Assembly (NCBI GenBank): GCA_964252035.1
Contig: OZ176200.1
Origin: Podarcis erhardii
Taxonomy: Eukaryota
Length of the DNA: 64,000 nt
Reading direction: 5' to 3' (one strand)
Below the pieces are notes generated by a model. The model did no database searches. It had not been told where the DNA came from and saw only the letters and a list, made by a program, of their open reading frames with translations. Positions 63,520-64,000 of this stretch are shown here, in pieces. How positions within the stretch are numbered: position 1 is the first letter of the stretch; each line of letters opens with the position of its first letter. The position numbers were made by a program, and so were the translations under genes.

Positions 63520-63693
63520 TTTTTCAGTGAAGCAGACTCCCATAGGAGGCGGTGCCTTCTCCTTCCTCGGAGGTTTTCAAGCAGAGGTTGAATGGCCATG
63601 TGTGATGGATGCTTCAGTTGAGATTCCTGCATTGCAGGAGGCTGGACTAGATGACCCTCAGGATCCCTGCCAACTCTACAATTCTATTATTCT
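63520..63693 (+). mobile_element. CR1 3' end
   Basis: GGAGGTTTTCAAGCAGAGG...GGACTAGATGACCCTC...CAACTCTACAATTCTATTATTCT. Confidence 0.85.
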
Positions 63694-64000
63694 GTTAGCC
63701 CTCCTACCCCTCATATACCCGTGTTGCTTATTCATGGAACTTTGGGTTAGTTTGTACTGAGGAACTGGACTTGCCTCCAGACTGCACCACTTCAGAGTGC
63801 AGCAGCAGCCGGCTCACTTGACTGAGTGCTCCTTCCGCCATGCCATAAAATTCCCAGTGCGTATCAGGGATGAGGCCAAGCTTACAGCAGCTTTTGTCCT
63901 ACACTCTGTGTAGATGGAATTTTTTATACAGAAGAACATTCAGTCATTTTATTCCCCCCTTCCCCCGTGGTGATAAGGACCTAGGAAACTTTCTTATATA

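Larger units (their letters stand above)
29930..64000 (+). other. Intron 1 (5' part) of the ERBB4-type gene
   Basis: Begins at the GT donor after exon 1. Repeat-rich, and no ERBB4 exon-2-like coding sequence (VCAGTENKL...) was recognised. Confidence 0.7.

Noticed and set aside
1-64000. CRISPR arrays, operons, rRNA or prokaryotic systems
   Set aside because: No repeat-spacer arrays or dense coding; the window is vertebrate intergenic and intronic DNA.

Overview
Vertebrate nuclear DNA from a squamate reptile, probably a lacertid-type lizard, judged from Sauria SINEs, Squam3-like SINEs, CR1/L2/L1 LINEs and lizard-type MITEs. The only host coding sequence I can support is an 88-nt first coding exon (29842-29929, +) inside a ~3.5-kb CpG island. 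It encodes a signal peptide (MTKKPARRVLCWVSFLAIAATFRLGAAQS, then a phase-1 intron) that aligns without gaps to the ERBB4 signal peptide. About 28 kb upstream is intergenic, and the remaining ~34 kb is the start of a long intron 1 with no exon 2 visible. The rest is a layered transposon record. It includes a 5'-truncated L1 (18-bp TSD) split by a young CR1, a solo LTR (5-bp TSD) inside a SINE head, Sauria SINEs nested in a hAT MITE and in a Penelope-type palindrome with two broken hammerhead ribozymes, and many hAT MITEs. The most notable observations are a start-stop (ATG-TAA) uORF that is the only upstream ATG in the ~610 nt before the CDS, the Penelope hammerhead palindrome, and a candidate poison exon in intron 1. 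Most ORFs in the supplied track are chance or GC-rich shadow ORFs. Family names and human comparisons come from recall, not database searches.
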